This document shows, in pieces, positions 52,613-64,000 of a DNA stretch of 64,000 nucleotides (within the stretch, counting starts at the first letter, position 1; the number at the start of each line of letters is the position of its first letter). The position numbers and the translations under genes were made by a program. The notes beneath the pieces are model-generated. The model was given only the letters and a program-made list of their open reading frames with translations, was not told the origin of the DNA and did no database searches. The DNA comes from Octopus vulgaris (Eukaryota): assembly GCA_951406725.2 (NCBI GenBank), contig OX597823.1, positions 102,300,001-102,364,000 on the forward strand. Reading direction: 5' to 3'.

Positions 52613-53690
52613 ATGCAGGCATGGCTGTGTGGTTAAAAAGCTTGCTTTTCAACCACGTGGTTTCTGGTTCAGTCCCACTGCTGCATTCCACTTAGGGCAA
52701 GTGTCTTCTACTGTAGCTTGGTCCAACCAATGCCTTGATAGAGAGAACCCGTGTGGATGGAGGTCTATCATATATATATATATGTAAATATATGTCACCA
52801 TTATCATCAGCATTTAACGTCCGTTGTCCATGCTGGCATAGGTTGGGCGGTTTGACTCTGATTGGGCATGGCTTTTTACAGCTGGATGCCCTTCCTAACA
52901 TCAAGAACTTCGAGAGTGTAATGGGTACTTTTATATGTCACTGGATGGATGCCATTTGCATGACACCGGGGTGCTTTTACGTGCCACCAGCACAAGTGCC
53001 AATTTGCATGACACTGGGGTGCTTTTACGTGCCACCAGCACAAGTGCCAATTTGCATGACACTGGCATCTGCCACAATTGCAATTTTGCTCGGTTTGATG
53101 GCTCTTCTTCTCAAGCATGACATAATGCCAAAGGTCTTGGTCATTGCCTCCATGAAGCCCAACTCTTGAAAGGAACTCAGCCACTTTGCTTCCATGAGGC
53201 CCAACATTCAAAAGGTGTTCTTTCCATGCCACCAGCATGGTAGCCAGTTACCATGACTATGATTCACTTGGCTCAAGCACGGCACCTCACCAAAGGTCTC
53301 TGTCTCTAGCCATTGCCTCTGTGAGACCCCAAGTTTAAAGATCATGCTTCACCACCTTGTCCCATGTTTTCCTGGGTCTACCTCTACCACAGGTTCCCTC
53401 CACAGCTAGAGATCAACACTTCTTTACACAGGTGTCCTTGCCCATACACATCTCATACCAGTTGTTTCTCTTGCACACACACACATATATACACATATAT
53501 ATATATATAAATATACCTGTTTATGTTTGTGTCCCCAGCCTCAGTATGGTGGTTTTTTTGCATCCCTGTAATTTAAGAATTCAGCAAAAAAGACTAATAG
53601 AATAAGTACCAGATTTTAAAAAAGAAAATGTACTGGGATTAATTTATTCAAATAAATCCCTCAAGGCAGTGCCCAGCAGGCCACAGCCCA
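52613..53690. mobile_element. Family B SINE (+) with a nested family D element (-, ~52805-53450) carrying an internal ~48-bp tandem repeat
   Basis: B head at 52613-52740 and B tail at ~53520-53690; D core agctggatgcccttcctaac; repeated ggggtgcttttacgtgccaccagcacaagtgccaatttgcatgacac. Confidence 0.65.
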
Positions 53691-55656
53691 GAGAAACATA
53701 TAAATGACAAAAAAGAAAAGGTACATCTTATGTACAAAGCATAATATTTGAGTATATTTGAGTCTTTCCTGCTTCACCCCTCCTCTGACTCTCTTCTTCC
53801 CCTCTCTCTCTCACACACACACAACCCATTTATATCCTATATTTTCATTTTCATTAATTCTTTCTCCATCTTTCTCTCTCTCACACACACATACACACTC
53901 TTCACATCTCCACTTTATCTCCTCATACCCGCCTCTTCTCCGCGTTCATATCTTCTCCATTACTATCCTATATTCCACATTCGATATGGTATGTGTTCCC
54001 TACTTTTTTAATCAGATATATTAACTGTCACTTATGTGGTTATATCTTAGGAGTGTTTTATCGATTTTTATCTCACTGTTTATATCTTGATACTCATCTG
54101 CAATAATACCATATATAAATATACATACAGCTGTACTCTTGCATTAGTCTTATTTATAAACATTTGTATACATGTGTGTATAGATACATGTGTGTGTGTG
54201 TGTGTAATTCTATTTTGGAACAGTGAAACTTGAGGCAAATAAAGCTATATATGATTGCATATAAATATTGGGCTAAAACAGCTTTTCTAACAAAAAGGGA
54301 TTTTTAAACCTAATATAGACAGGTTATTATGTATATATATAAATGTGTGTGTGTGTGTCTATATGTTTATCATCCCACCAGCACTTGACAACTGGTGTTG
54401 GTTTCTTTTCATTATGTCCCAATAACTTAGCAGTTCGGTATAAGAAACCAATAGAATAAGTACCAGACTTTAGCAAAATGTAATTACTGAGGCCATTTTG
54501 TTTGATTAACCCTCCAAGGTGATGCCCCAGCATGGCCTCAGTCCAGTGACTGAAACAAGCAAAAGCTAAAAGATATACGGATAGGGCATGGCCAAACGGT
54601 TAAGAAGTTTTGTCCAGTATGGCACCTTGGAGCAAATGTCATTTACCATAGTCTCAAGCTCATTCAAGCCTTGTGGGTGAAACTGGGTTGACGGAAGCTG
54701 TTTGAGGGGTTTTAGCTGTAATTTAAAGGCTCAGCTTAGTCACACAATGTGTCATGCTGATTCTGTCTTGTGGAATACCCAGCTAATTTAATGAATAGTG
54801 GTTCAGTTGATCAAATAAACAAATACTCATCATCCAAGTCAACAGAGAGCCATTTACTTTTATATAAACACTCAAGTTTCTTTTAAACTGTAGTTATTAT
54901 TATAGTTAACTGTATTGAGAGTTGGTTGTATAATAGTTAGCTGATTAGATACTAACCATCAAGCCATGAAGTGACAGGATCATTAGAGCATGAAATATAA
55001 TACTTTGCAGTAATTGTTTTGATTCTCTTCATTGATGGAGACCTCTCAGTGGTAATGCATCCTTCCATGTGGCCCGACCCGAACGCTAGAAATAGCAGCT
55101 GCTTTTCCCCTACCTTGACAAAGCGCTCACATGTCCAACTCAGTCAGCTACCCCGATCAAAAAAGGTCCAATCCTCTCCTGCCTGCACGCGCATCACCCC
55201 TGCCCTTTCCTCTTCCGGTCATCCCCAAGTTCCGGTCAGCTCCCAGCTGCTGACGTCATCCCACATTCTCATCACTCTTGTGTTCAAATCTTGCTGAAGT
55301 CACCTTTGCCTTTCATCCTTTTGGGTAGGACTGGGGTCAAGGAAAAAATACAAAACAATGCAATGGATTGGTAGAACTATCAGAACATTGGACTGAAAAT
55401 CTTATGGTATTTATTTCAGTTCTTTGCATTCTGAGTTCAAATCCTACCATGATTGATTTAATATGTTGCCTGGTTTAACACTGCCACCTGGCATTGCAAT
55501 CATTCAGATCAGGCCTCCTGTTTCAGTATACCTTCTTCATTTCCTTCTACTAGTCTTGAACACCCTGTAAAAAGGGTTGTGAGCAATGTCTTCCTGACTA
55601 AAGACTTTTTAAAAACTAAAGCAAGAGAAATGTTTGCTTTATTTCCATTTGTTTAA

Positions 55657-55878
55657 CCCTTTTAGCATTTAAACTGGTTATATCCAGCCAAAAGTACTCT
55701 GCCTGTTTTATGTTCAAACTGGCCAGATCTGGTCTCTCACACCAACCCTACAATATTGTTTTAAAAATTAACAGCTACCTCATCAAAATCTCATAGCTAC
55801 AAGATAATGCATGAGTAATTCAAAACAATTTGGATAAAAAAGCATTAATTTTGGTAGAATAATGCGAACACTAAAGGG
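55657..55878. mobile_element. piggyBac-type MITE
   Basis: TTAA-CCCTTT...AAAGGG-TTAA. Confidence 0.85.
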
Positions 55879-56470
55879 TTAATATTCTTTTGGTCAAGCC
55901 TTGTTTTAGATTATGTTTTAACATGGGAGGGTGTACAGAACATATCAAATGTAGCTCTATTATAGAGTAATGAAATAGAATTAAAAAAATAAAGAAAAAT
56001 TATGCATTTATTAAAAAACAAATGGCAACTGACTCTAAAGTGAGATTTGAAATACAATCAAGAATGACACCATTTCGTGTATGTAGTCTAATCGACACCA
56101 TTGGCCCTCCTTACTTGTCAAGTTTTATTTTATTTTATTACTTTTTTATTTTGTGGCATTACATTTTTGTTTTTACATTATATATCCATATGGCAGCTAA
56201 AGGAAGGCCTAGAGGGAAATTGAAAAATACATCAAGAGATTGTATATGATAATTGTTTATAAATATCAAGAGGTTTAAAACATAGAATGTTTATTGTTGC
56301 TTAAAGTATTACAACTTTCAGCCTTCTCAAAACTCTGTAGTTTGGGAAACACAGAAGTGACCTTCAGCAAAAATTTAAGTGGCTACTTATGTCTTTATCA
56401 ATGTTCCTCAATGTTTATAAGCAAGTCCTTGAAACAAGGAACATAAAAATAAAATATTCTCAAAGTACTT

Positions 56471-56517
<47 letters not shown>

Positions 56518-56808
56518 GAGCATGGGTGACAAAGTCGATAGAGTACAGAACAACTGACCTAGAAGTGAGTGGTTCACATCCTGTCACAAACACTGCTTTG
56601 TGTGTCTGATTGATTTATATGATTCTCAAGCCCAGCCATACGAATTTGTATCTCAGTTTTAAAAGAACTTGTCACTGTCAACAGTGACAGTATTGTAAAG
56701 CCAGTGAGTGTTTCATCAGCTTGTAGTGCTGTTTTTCAGTTCTTGTCACAGAAAAGCTCACCTGCTATCCTGTCTGAGGATAGGAAGATTTGTATCTCAT
56801 CTATTTAA

Positions 56809-57218
56809 TCTATAATATAAATTGGACATGGGCAATCATTGTATTCTTTCTTGTCTTGAGGTTCACACCTAAACGACTCGGTGGATTCACGTGAAAAATG
56901 GCACACATGTGGAGACGGGTGCAAAGATTGGAATGTGGTTTGTATTTTTCTCCTAGCCCCCATAGTTACCAAGAAAATCGATTAAAACATTTTCTAATGG
57001 AATTCTCCTCTTTCTTCCATCATTAAAACAACCAGTTGCTTAGAAGCTGTCTTCTGACGGCGTGGGGTCAGGAAATATTCATACAACTGGAGGCTCCAAT
57101 CAAAACAGGGGACGCAAAATGATAAGTTTGAGAAATGCTGTTATAGATTATGTCTAACTGAAAACGATCACAGCCACATCATCCAAACAGACCGAGTGAA
57201 ACCGGGCTTAGCTGCTAG
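56809..57218 (+). mobile_element. Non-autonomous Helitron, family H2
   Basis: A|TCTATAATATAAA start; subterminal ccgagtgaaaccggg hairpin, then CTAG|T. Confidence 0.65.
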
Positions 57219-57689
57219 TATCATATAAACTGGAGATAAATACCACTATGGCAAGTTGCAAAAGACTTGTATATAACTGTTAAAGCACTGGTCCCCAAAG
57301 TCTTTTGCACTGTGGGGGATCACATGCATAAAAAAACACACTAAAGTGTATAATCTATAATTTAATTATTACAGATATCTAATACATATATAATGCAAAA
57401 ATACTGAGGACTGCAATAGTTTAATAAAATAGAAATAAAATTTTAAAATTTATTCTTTCTGTGTAGTCTGGTACCAAATGATCCATGAACTGGTACAAGT
57501 CTGTGACTTGGTGTTTGGGGATCCCTATTATGTTAAAGGACATACATTTAATTGGGAAATGACTTGCATTTATAACTATTAAAGTGTCATCTGTCATGCT
57601 TACATACAGGACCAACATTAAAGGATATTCCAGTTTAAAGAAGTGGATTGGCAGAATTGTTTAAATGTCTCACAGGAATGTTTTGTAGT

Positions 57690-58070
57690 GATCCTACAAC
57701 GGCGCGCGCTCGCGCACCGTCCATTTGTATTTCGCGCGTGTTGGTGCCTTTACCAAGGCAAAGAAAGGAAGGGCCCTCTCGCGCATGCGCGAACCACCGG
57801 AAGCACGACCCTGGCCAAGGCAGGGGGTCGTAGAACGTTTGACCGCTAGCAGCAGTCAGGGGCGACTTGGGACCCAGCGATTGAAGGCGGCGGTCACGCA
57901 TATATTCTCTCCGGTTGATAGCAGCAGTCGGCCAAATGCCTTTAACCAAATTGTTGCCAACCACATTCAACTTCCCTGTTCGACGCCATCTTGACCCCTT
58001 TCTGGTTTGGCGGCTGGACATTGTAAATATTACAATCGATTTACTTTCAGCCTTGCGCGCCCCGAACCAA
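57690..58070 (+). promoter_or_regulatory. CpG-rich promoter region
   Basis: Local CpG/GC enrichment not explained by repeats. NRF1 motif GCGCATGCGC at 57781-57790, ETS motif CCGGAAG at 57797-57803, YY1 motif CGCCATCTT at 57984-57992. Donor AG|GTAAGT at 58364/58365. Confidence 0.65.
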
Positions 58071-58850
58071 GGACATCAGATAACACACTTATTGTTATTG
58101 TTACCAAGAAAGAGAATAAAGTAGTATATATATATTTTACGTCTGCGTCTTGTTGTTTCTGACTGGTAGAATTCTGGATTATTAAAGCAACGGCTAGTGA
58201 GTGATTGCTTTCTTGTACCCCGAAAGTACAAGACAAGATATTCACACTCACACTAAGTTCGTTTCAGTTTTGTGGTACTTAATTAAGCTGGGATTTTATA
58301 GTCTGAGTTCTTGGATGGTACACTTAACCTGTTGCCTAGTTTAGTAGCAGCATCTAGTCTTTAGGTAAGTACTGTTATCAGAACAAACAGTGATAAGTGA
58401 ATCAGTAATAAATGAAGGTAGACGTACTCAATTGTATGACATTAATCGTTTTCAAAGCCCTGTAGTAAAATTTAAAAAAAAAAAAAATATTATAAAATTG
58501 TTCCTGCCGTTGTTGTTGTTGTTGTTAATGTTCGTCAATGTAAGTACCATTGTCAGTAGTTCTAAATAAAGCGTGTGGTGTAATTAAGTTTTGAGTGGTT
58601 TCTGAGTCTGTGCGTGTGTATGTGTTTAAGAATTGTGTTTGCTTATACATATATGTATATATGTATTTGCATGTATGTGTTTATGAATTATTTGTTGCTT
58701 CTTTTGTTTCATTTGCTAACAATTTTCCCCAACATGTCATTAACACATACTGGGTGTACTAAATGACCCTTCGTCAGAAAATCACTATTCATTTTTGAAT
58801 TACCCAGCTATTATGCAGTCAGTCCATTACATAGCTACATACATAAATTC

Positions 58851-58888
<38 letters not shown>

Positions 58889-58981
58889 GTTTTATATTTT
58901 AAAGGAAAGTTCCTTATAAAATTCTTTGCTTATCGATGAAATACTTCAGTTTTGTTATTGTTCTGTTTCCTGTCTTTGCAG

Positions 58982-59089
58982 GGAGGCTTTGCACAATGTT
59001 ACGAGTTGATCGATTGCAATACAAATATAGTATACGCTGGAAAGATTATCCCGCATTCACGGATAGCAAAAGGAAATCAAAAACAGAAG
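58982..59089 (+). CDS. PLK2: Polo-like kinase (PLK2/PLK3 subfamily) internal exon, kinase subdomains I-II
   Basis: Acceptor ttcctgtctttgcag and donor AAG|gtgagt. The 108-nt phase 0-0 exon encodes [36 protein letters not shown], matching PLK2 GGFAKCYEMTD...[20 protein letters not shown]. PLK2 versus PLK3 orthology is not resolved. Confidence 0.88.
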
Positions 59090-59478
59090 GTGAGTGTGCA
59101 TTTCCTAAATTGTATTGGTAGAATTGTTTGCATTGGCAGCATAAGAAATGTTTTGGCTCATTTGCAAAGTAGAGTGGGGGTAGGGTTTGATTTTTCAACT
59201 GTCTTTATGTTTTATATATATACGTTTCTCTCTGCTGTTCAGACAGGATATTGATCAGTAAATTTATTTGTTATGAGGATGCGGTCAGCATCTTAATCCA
59301 CTAAGCTACATTTGAGCCAACAAAGGGAATTTGTAAACTTGTAAGAGGTCACTCAGCCTTTGATCATTGGCCTATTTGTTTTCTCCCAAGGTTGACCTAT
59401 GGCCAAACAACATCATGGCTGAATTCTTGCAAAAGTAGTAATCTAAAGAAGAATATTCATGGTCTTCCTAAGATCTAC

Positions 59479-59693
59479 ATATTTCTTTACTACCCCCAGA
59501 AGGGACAAACAAGGACAGTCAAACAGATTAAGTCGATTACATCGATCTCAGTGCGTAACTGGTACTTAATTTATCGTCCCCAAAAGGATGAAAGGCAAAG
59601 TCGACCTTGGCGGAATTTGAACTCAGAACGTAATGGCAGGCGAAATACGACTACGTATTTCACCCAGCGTACTAACGTTTCTGCCAGCTCGCC
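59479..59693 (-). mobile_element. Intronic family A SINE with ~12-bp TSD
   Basis: ttcctaagatct on both flanks. Confidence 0.8.
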
Positions 59694-59954
59694 TTCCTAA
59701 GATCTTCCTGTGTGGTTTAAGAAGCTAGCTTTGTAAACACATGGCTTCAGGTTCCGTTGTATTGTGTGGCACTTTGGGCAAGTATCTTGTCCTATCAGCC
59801 CTAGGCTGACCAATGCATTGGGAATGAATTTGATAGAGAGAAAACAGAGCAAACCTCTGTGCGCATGTGTGTGCGTGTGTGTGTTCTATTGTGAGTGCTG
59901 AATTGTAAGAAATAGGCTCCCAGTTAAGTAAGTTTTAAGATTGGTTTCCCTTTC

Positions 59955-60290
59955 ATCATCATCATCATCATCATTTAATGTCCGCTTTCCATGCTAGCAT
60001 GGGTTGGACGATTTGACTGAGGTCTGGTGAATCAGACTCCAATCTGATCTGGCAGAGTTTCTACAGCTGGATGCCCTTCCTAATGCCAACCACTCCAAGA
60101 GTGTAGTGGGTGCTTTTACATGCCACCAGCACGAGGGCCAGTTTGGTGGTACTGGCAATGGCCATGCCCAAATGGTGCTTTTTACGTGCCACCTGCACAG
60201 GATCCAGTCCAGCAGCACTGGCGACGACCTCGCTCGAATGTTTCACATGCCACCAGCACAAGTGCTAGTAAGGCAACACGGTAATGATCA
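59955..60290 (-). mobile_element. Family D SINE
   Basis: (TCA)n tail followed by ttccatgctagcatgggttggacg...gatgcccttcctaa. Confidence 0.75.
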
Positions 60291-62019
60291 CCTTCTATAT
60301 CACATTCTAGTTCTGTCTATTTGCTAAATAAAGCCCATCAAAAATACATCATAAGTGTAGCATCAAGTCTCTTTCTAAGCTGAACTCAGCTGTGTTAATT
60401 TCCCCATTGATGGCTACTGTCACTCATCACAAATATGCAATATTGATGTCAAAGCAAGCTTACAGCAACAATTCAAGTCTGTGGTTTCATGTGTTGAAAT
60501 GAAAATGTCTGGATACAAATGTCCAGGTATCAATTTGCTTTTGATCATTTACAAAATGATGAGCCCTATGGTTGCAAGGTTGTGTTTCTAAGTGATTTTC
60601 AATAGACACATCCTGTTTTAAAGAATACTGACAGAGCTGAGAAAGAGTTGCTATTGTGAATGTTAAGATCCATTCTTCATTTTGAAAGACTGTGACAAAA
60701 CTGAAATGCATAAATAAAAGGTATGTGGCTGCAAAATGGCGAGCGCTGTGACTGGAATGGTTTTCTCCTTTATGTTGATGAAAGAAAGGAATAAGTGGGC
60801 TCTAATGATTGAGTCTCCAAATGAGATTACATAGATTGAAGTGGCATCACTACCATCATCATCATTGTACCAAGAATTAAACAAACATCCATTATTCCAC
60901 ACTAACTTTCACCCTTGTTCAGTTATAATTTCCAGTTTGAGTAGTTTTCACAAATGACATTCAATAATTCCTAATGCCTATTATTGAGTCAAGTCGGCAG
61001 GCCTGTTTCTCCTGATTATGGACAACTGCAACAGTGTGTTGCAGGTATACTGGCAATGTCAAAAAAATTCCCTAGCATTGTATACACTGTAGTTTTTTTT
61101 TCAGTCAAAGCTTTCATAACTTTTTGTATTATTCAGATAAAACAGTTAAATATATATATATATATGACTTGGTGAAGTCATTGCTTAATGGAGAGACATT
61201 TCGTTGCTGGACTTACATAGCATAAAGACTCTCAGTTTGTTGTTTAACTCAACAGAACAAGAAAGTTTTTCAAAGATGAGTTAAATGAATTTTAGAATTT
61301 CATCCATTTGCAATGGCATCATCCTGCAACAAATTGAAAATGTAGACGAGACCTTACTGACCTTTGACATCCCTTTATACACAAAATTTATTTTACAGTG
61401 TTACATTTCACCATTTATTCTTGCAAGCATGGATTTATAAAATTTCTCCAATAATTTTATCGTACATGTTAAAAAAATGTCTTTGGCGTTAAGAAATTTC
61501 AAACGTTAGACATTCAGGATCTAGCAAAATGTTTTTGTCTTTAATTAAAAAAAAAATTATTCAAAATTTTTTGTTAGGAAATTTTTTTTATTCAGAATTT
61601 TAATATTTTGAAACATAACATTTCAAATTTTCAAAAAGTAAAAAAAGATAAAAATTAAGCCTCTTTACACTGTGTTTCATCTGTAATTTCAAGGAATATA
61701 AACTGAATTGAAATTGTATTTATAGTACAAATTTCTGTCTAGATGGGAAAAGAAAACAAAAAAACAAAACAAGCAAAACACAAAAAATGTTTTATTGCTT
61801 CCATTGTCACTTTTTATTATCTGATCAAAATTTTGTTAGACATTGATGGATATGATCTCCAGTGTGGGCAACCATGCATGGTTGCTATCATAAATACTGT
61901 ATTCACCATCAGTATAAAATTTACATCTTATGAAATATATTGAACATACCATATATCACCGCTATCATAGAAACATTTAGCATTATTATTGTGATTTAAA
62001 CTGTTTATTATATATACAT

Positions 62020-62423
62020 GTATGAAGGCCTTGACTGGCTTCTGTGCCAGTGGTACATGACCTGCTGTGCTTGAGGAGACCTACTGAGTCAAGTACATCA
62101 ACATCAAAATAAATATCAAATGGAAATTGTACTTGTGATACCTGTGCCAAGCACCATCTGAATGTGGCCAATGCCAGCACTGCCTTGACTGGCTTCTGTG
62201 CCAGTGGCACGTAAAAAGCACCAACCGATCATGGCCACTGCCAGCTTACCCTGGTACCTGTGCCAGTGGCACGTAAAAACACTCATGGAGTGGCTGGCGT
62301 TAGGAAGGGCATCCAGCTGTAGAAACACTGCCAGATCAGACTGGAGCCTGGTGCAGCCTCCTGGCTTCCCAGACCCCGGTCGAACCATCCAACCCATGCT
62401 AGAAAACGGATGCTAAACAATGC

Positions 62424-62455
<32 letters not shown>
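62020..62455 (+). mobile_element. Family D SINE with (TGA)n tail; a family C SINE follows at ~62458-62760
   Basis: Matches the 51180 copy. Confidence 0.75.
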
Positions 62456-62457
<2 letters not shown>

Positions 62458-62774
62458 GGCTTTGTGGTTAGGGTATTTTGCTCACAATCATAAGGTCATA
62501 AGTTCAATACCCACAGGCATGTTGTGTTCTTGAGCAAGATGCCTTATTTCATGTTGCTCCAGTACACTCAGCTGACGAAAATGGGTTGCACATGTGTTTC
62601 AAAGGGCCAGCCTTGTCATGCTGAATCTCCCTGGAAACTAGGTTAATAGTATGCAGTATGCATACTGTGGACGGCTCAGTCACTTTTACATTACTTTCAC
62701 GAGCAGTCAGTTTCACTTATCCAATCAACTGGAACCCTCATTGTCATAACCAACAGAGTGCCAGACTGTATATA

Positions 62775-63150
62775 TTGAGTTGTCCGGAAAGTTCATGCCG
62801 ATTTATAGTAGCTTACCTTTCGACTTATTTTAGAACATGGTTGAGTCCATAAAATAGGATTTGACTACACCTCCATTAAGAGCACAGTTTAAGCTATCTT
62901 TTCATAGAAGAGGGTTTATGTTCCTATAACCTGTGTTAAATTTGTAACCCTTTAAAATGGAAGATAAGAAAGTTCATTTTTGGCACTTGATGCTTTGGGA
63001 ACCAGACAAAAATTGCTGCAGCTTGGCTGGGATGTGTTACCCCACCCTCCATATTCACCAGATATTGCTCCTTCAGATTTCCACTTATTCGCGTCTCTAC
63101 AGAATAATGTTAATGGTAAAAATTTCAATTCCTTGGATGTACAAAAATTT
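62775..63150 (+). mobile_element. mariner transposon, internally deleted
   Basis: TA-ttgagttgtccggaaag TIR-like start. N-terminus MEDKKVHFWHLMLWE is joined to TRQKLLQLGWDVLPHPPYSPDIAPSDFHLF (YSPDLAPSD motif). Confidence 0.85.
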
Positions 63151-63190
63151 GAAACCATTATTAATGGGGGTGGGGGATGTTGGTAGTGAT

Positions 63191-63282
<92 letters not shown>
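63191..63282. repeat. (AGC)n(AGT)n microsatellite
   Basis: Read directly from sequence. Confidence 0.95.
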
Positions 63283-63283
<1 letters not shown>

Positions 63284-64000
63284 TATTTGCTAATTATGAT
63301 GGTGTGATAAAGAGAACCAATTTTAAGTCAATCTCTAATATTCACTAATATTATTGTAATTATTTTGGCAAGTACAAGGTGGCAGTTTCCTCCTCTTCTA
63401 CTTTCCACTAACGACGTGCCACCCCCACCCCCAACTGTAATTTTTTTTTCTAGTATTACCTGTGGATATTACTGCCAATACCTTAATTTTCACAGTTTCC
63501 ATCCTTTCTGAATAACATCCAACATGGTGACAGCTGTGATGCATTTGATCATAAGGTCTCCTGATTCGGCCCCTCCCCCCCCCCCCCGAGCAAAGAAAGG
63601 AGAGGGGAGTGGGTGGGGAATAAACAACAGCAACAGCTGAAAAAGAAAGTTAAAACAGCCCTGGCACATGGGTATGGCTACATACATTACATACCTTACC
63701 TTCATGCCCCAGTGGGTTCCTTTCCTGCTAAGCACCTTTCTATTGTACCAAGCTACTCACCTACCAACTTACCTATATTCCAGTCCACCTTTCATAACTT
63801 CCCAATGTTTTAACCTTGTCTAAAAAAAGAAAATTTTTTAATAAAAAAGAAAAACAAACAAAAAAGAAACCAATCTTATTTCCCCCTCACCTTATCTAAA
63901 TATATGTTCATCTACCCCACAACAGAAATATTAACAAAATAGGTGAGAAAGAACAAATGTTTAAAGCAACACACACACACACCCCACACAAATTACAATC

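Noticed and set aside
52940-53070. Tandem ~48-bp repeats resembling a CRISPR array
   Set aside because: No unique spacers; they are internal repeats of a family D SINE in animal DNA.
57635-58021. 128-aa minus-strand ORF and overlapping ORFs at the promoter
   Set aside because: A by-product of GC richness. The YY1-embedded ATG gives only MASNREVECGWQQFG*.
60340-61380. Possible decayed DNA transposase on the minus strand
   Set aside because: No convincing motif could be reconstructed by eye.

Overview
AT-rich, microsatellite- and SINE-dense animal DNA. The repeat families point to a coleoid cephalopod, probably Octopus (inference). Almost all ORFs in the supplied track are microsatellite or repeat artefacts. 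The two well-supported coding features are a Penelope-like retroelement (PLE; RT + Cys-rich linker + C-terminal GIY-YIG, minus strand, open frame 46531-44591) bracketed by ~486-bp inverted pseudo-LTRs, and one 108-nt exon of a PLK2/PLK3-type polo-like kinase (58982-59089) downstream of a CpG-rich promoter. The rest consists of four tRNA-SINE families, non-autonomous Helitrons, hAT/piggyBac/Harbinger MITEs, and mariner, Chapaev-like, hAT, CR1 and RTE fragments. The most interesting unexplained signal is a set of type-I hammerhead-ribozyme (HHR) motifs in about five unrelated elements (5124, 19933/47313, 20176, 25540, 44064/46852). They include one fully canonical HHR with a long stem II and several core variants, and every carrier element abuts (TA)n microsatellites. 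This suggests an ecosystem of an autonomous PLE plus non-autonomous retrozyme-like passengers. Folding was done by eye and no activity is shown.
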